This document shows positions 63,433-64,000 of a stretch of 64,000 nt of DNA, piece by piece. The DNA is taken from the NCBI GenBank assembly GCA_963514005.1, contig OY740790.1:20212001-20276000 (forward strand), in the 5' to 3' direction. Position numbers and translations under genes: made by a program. The notes beneath the pieces are model-generated. The model saw nothing but the letters and a program-made list of their open reading frames with translations, did no database searches and was not told where the DNA came from. This stretch comes from Raja brachyura. Taxonomy: Eukaryota. Each line of letters begins with the position of its first letter. Position 1 is the stretch's first letter.

Positions 63433-64000
63433 ATAATAATAATAATAATAATATCTTTTATTGTCATTACACATACCGCACCGAGATTTGGTTTGCAACT
63501 TCCATCCGATGTCACAACTTAAATGACTAATAAAATTTAGGTTTAGATAACCCGAGAACAAGGTTTGTAAAACGAACATTAGAACAATAAAAGTCAAAAC
63601 AGACTTTTGTGCAGATGTGTCTGTGCGACGTGACCATCCGAGGGAGACAGTCCATGGGGGTGGGGGGCACTCAGCAGGGCCGGTTCAGAGCCGCTATAGC
63701 ACTGGGAATGAAGCTGTTCCTGAGTCTGGAGGTGCGGGCGTAGAAGGCCTTGTAACGTCTGCCGGAAGGGAGTAGTTCGAACAGTCCATTACAAGGGTGA
63801 GTGGAGTCTTTATGGATGCTGACGGCCTTCCTAAGGCACCGTGTGTGGTAGATGCCCTCCAAGGCTGGTAGCGGTGTCCCAATGATCTTTTGCGCTCTGT
63901 GGACGACGCGCTGAAGAGCTCTCCTCTCCGCCTCCGTACAGCTGAGATACCACACAGAGATGCCATACGTTAGTATGCTCTCTGTCGTGCAGCAGTAGAA
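63433..64000 (-). mobile_element. Rex/Babar 3' end (different, fairly young subfamily)
   Basis: WYLSCTEAERRALQRVVHRAQKIIG...HPCNGLFELLPSGRRYKAFYARTSRLRNSFIPSAI; (TTA)n tail; runs off the window end. Confidence 0.85.

Overview
Repeat-rich vertebrate non-coding DNA. The V-SINE/HE1-type SINEs, CR1, Rex/Babar, Tx1 and Penelope-derived repeats point to a cartilaginous fish, probably a skate or ray (inference). I found no host protein-coding exon that I could support: every recognisable ORF is retroelement-derived, and there is one 269-N assembly gap. The best observation is a 143-bp non-autonomous retroposon (3141-3283, minus strand) flanked by a perfect 12-bp TSD. Its first 54 nt fold into a complete minimal HDV/CPEB3-like self-cleaving ribozyme starting at the element's first base, followed by a 3' stem-loop and a (GAA)n tail. 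A second, high-copy family of short and often palindromic Penelope-derived repeats carries a minimal hammerhead core (CUGAAGA-A-GGGUCUCGACCC-GAAACGUC). Also present: two non-autonomous Helitrons (one using a captured SINE tail as its 5' end), three Harbinger-type MITEs, a triple-nested insertion, a young CR1 with an open RT frame, and a probable ancient ~4.7-kb inversion with staggered-break duplications. Boundaries of old repeats are approximate.
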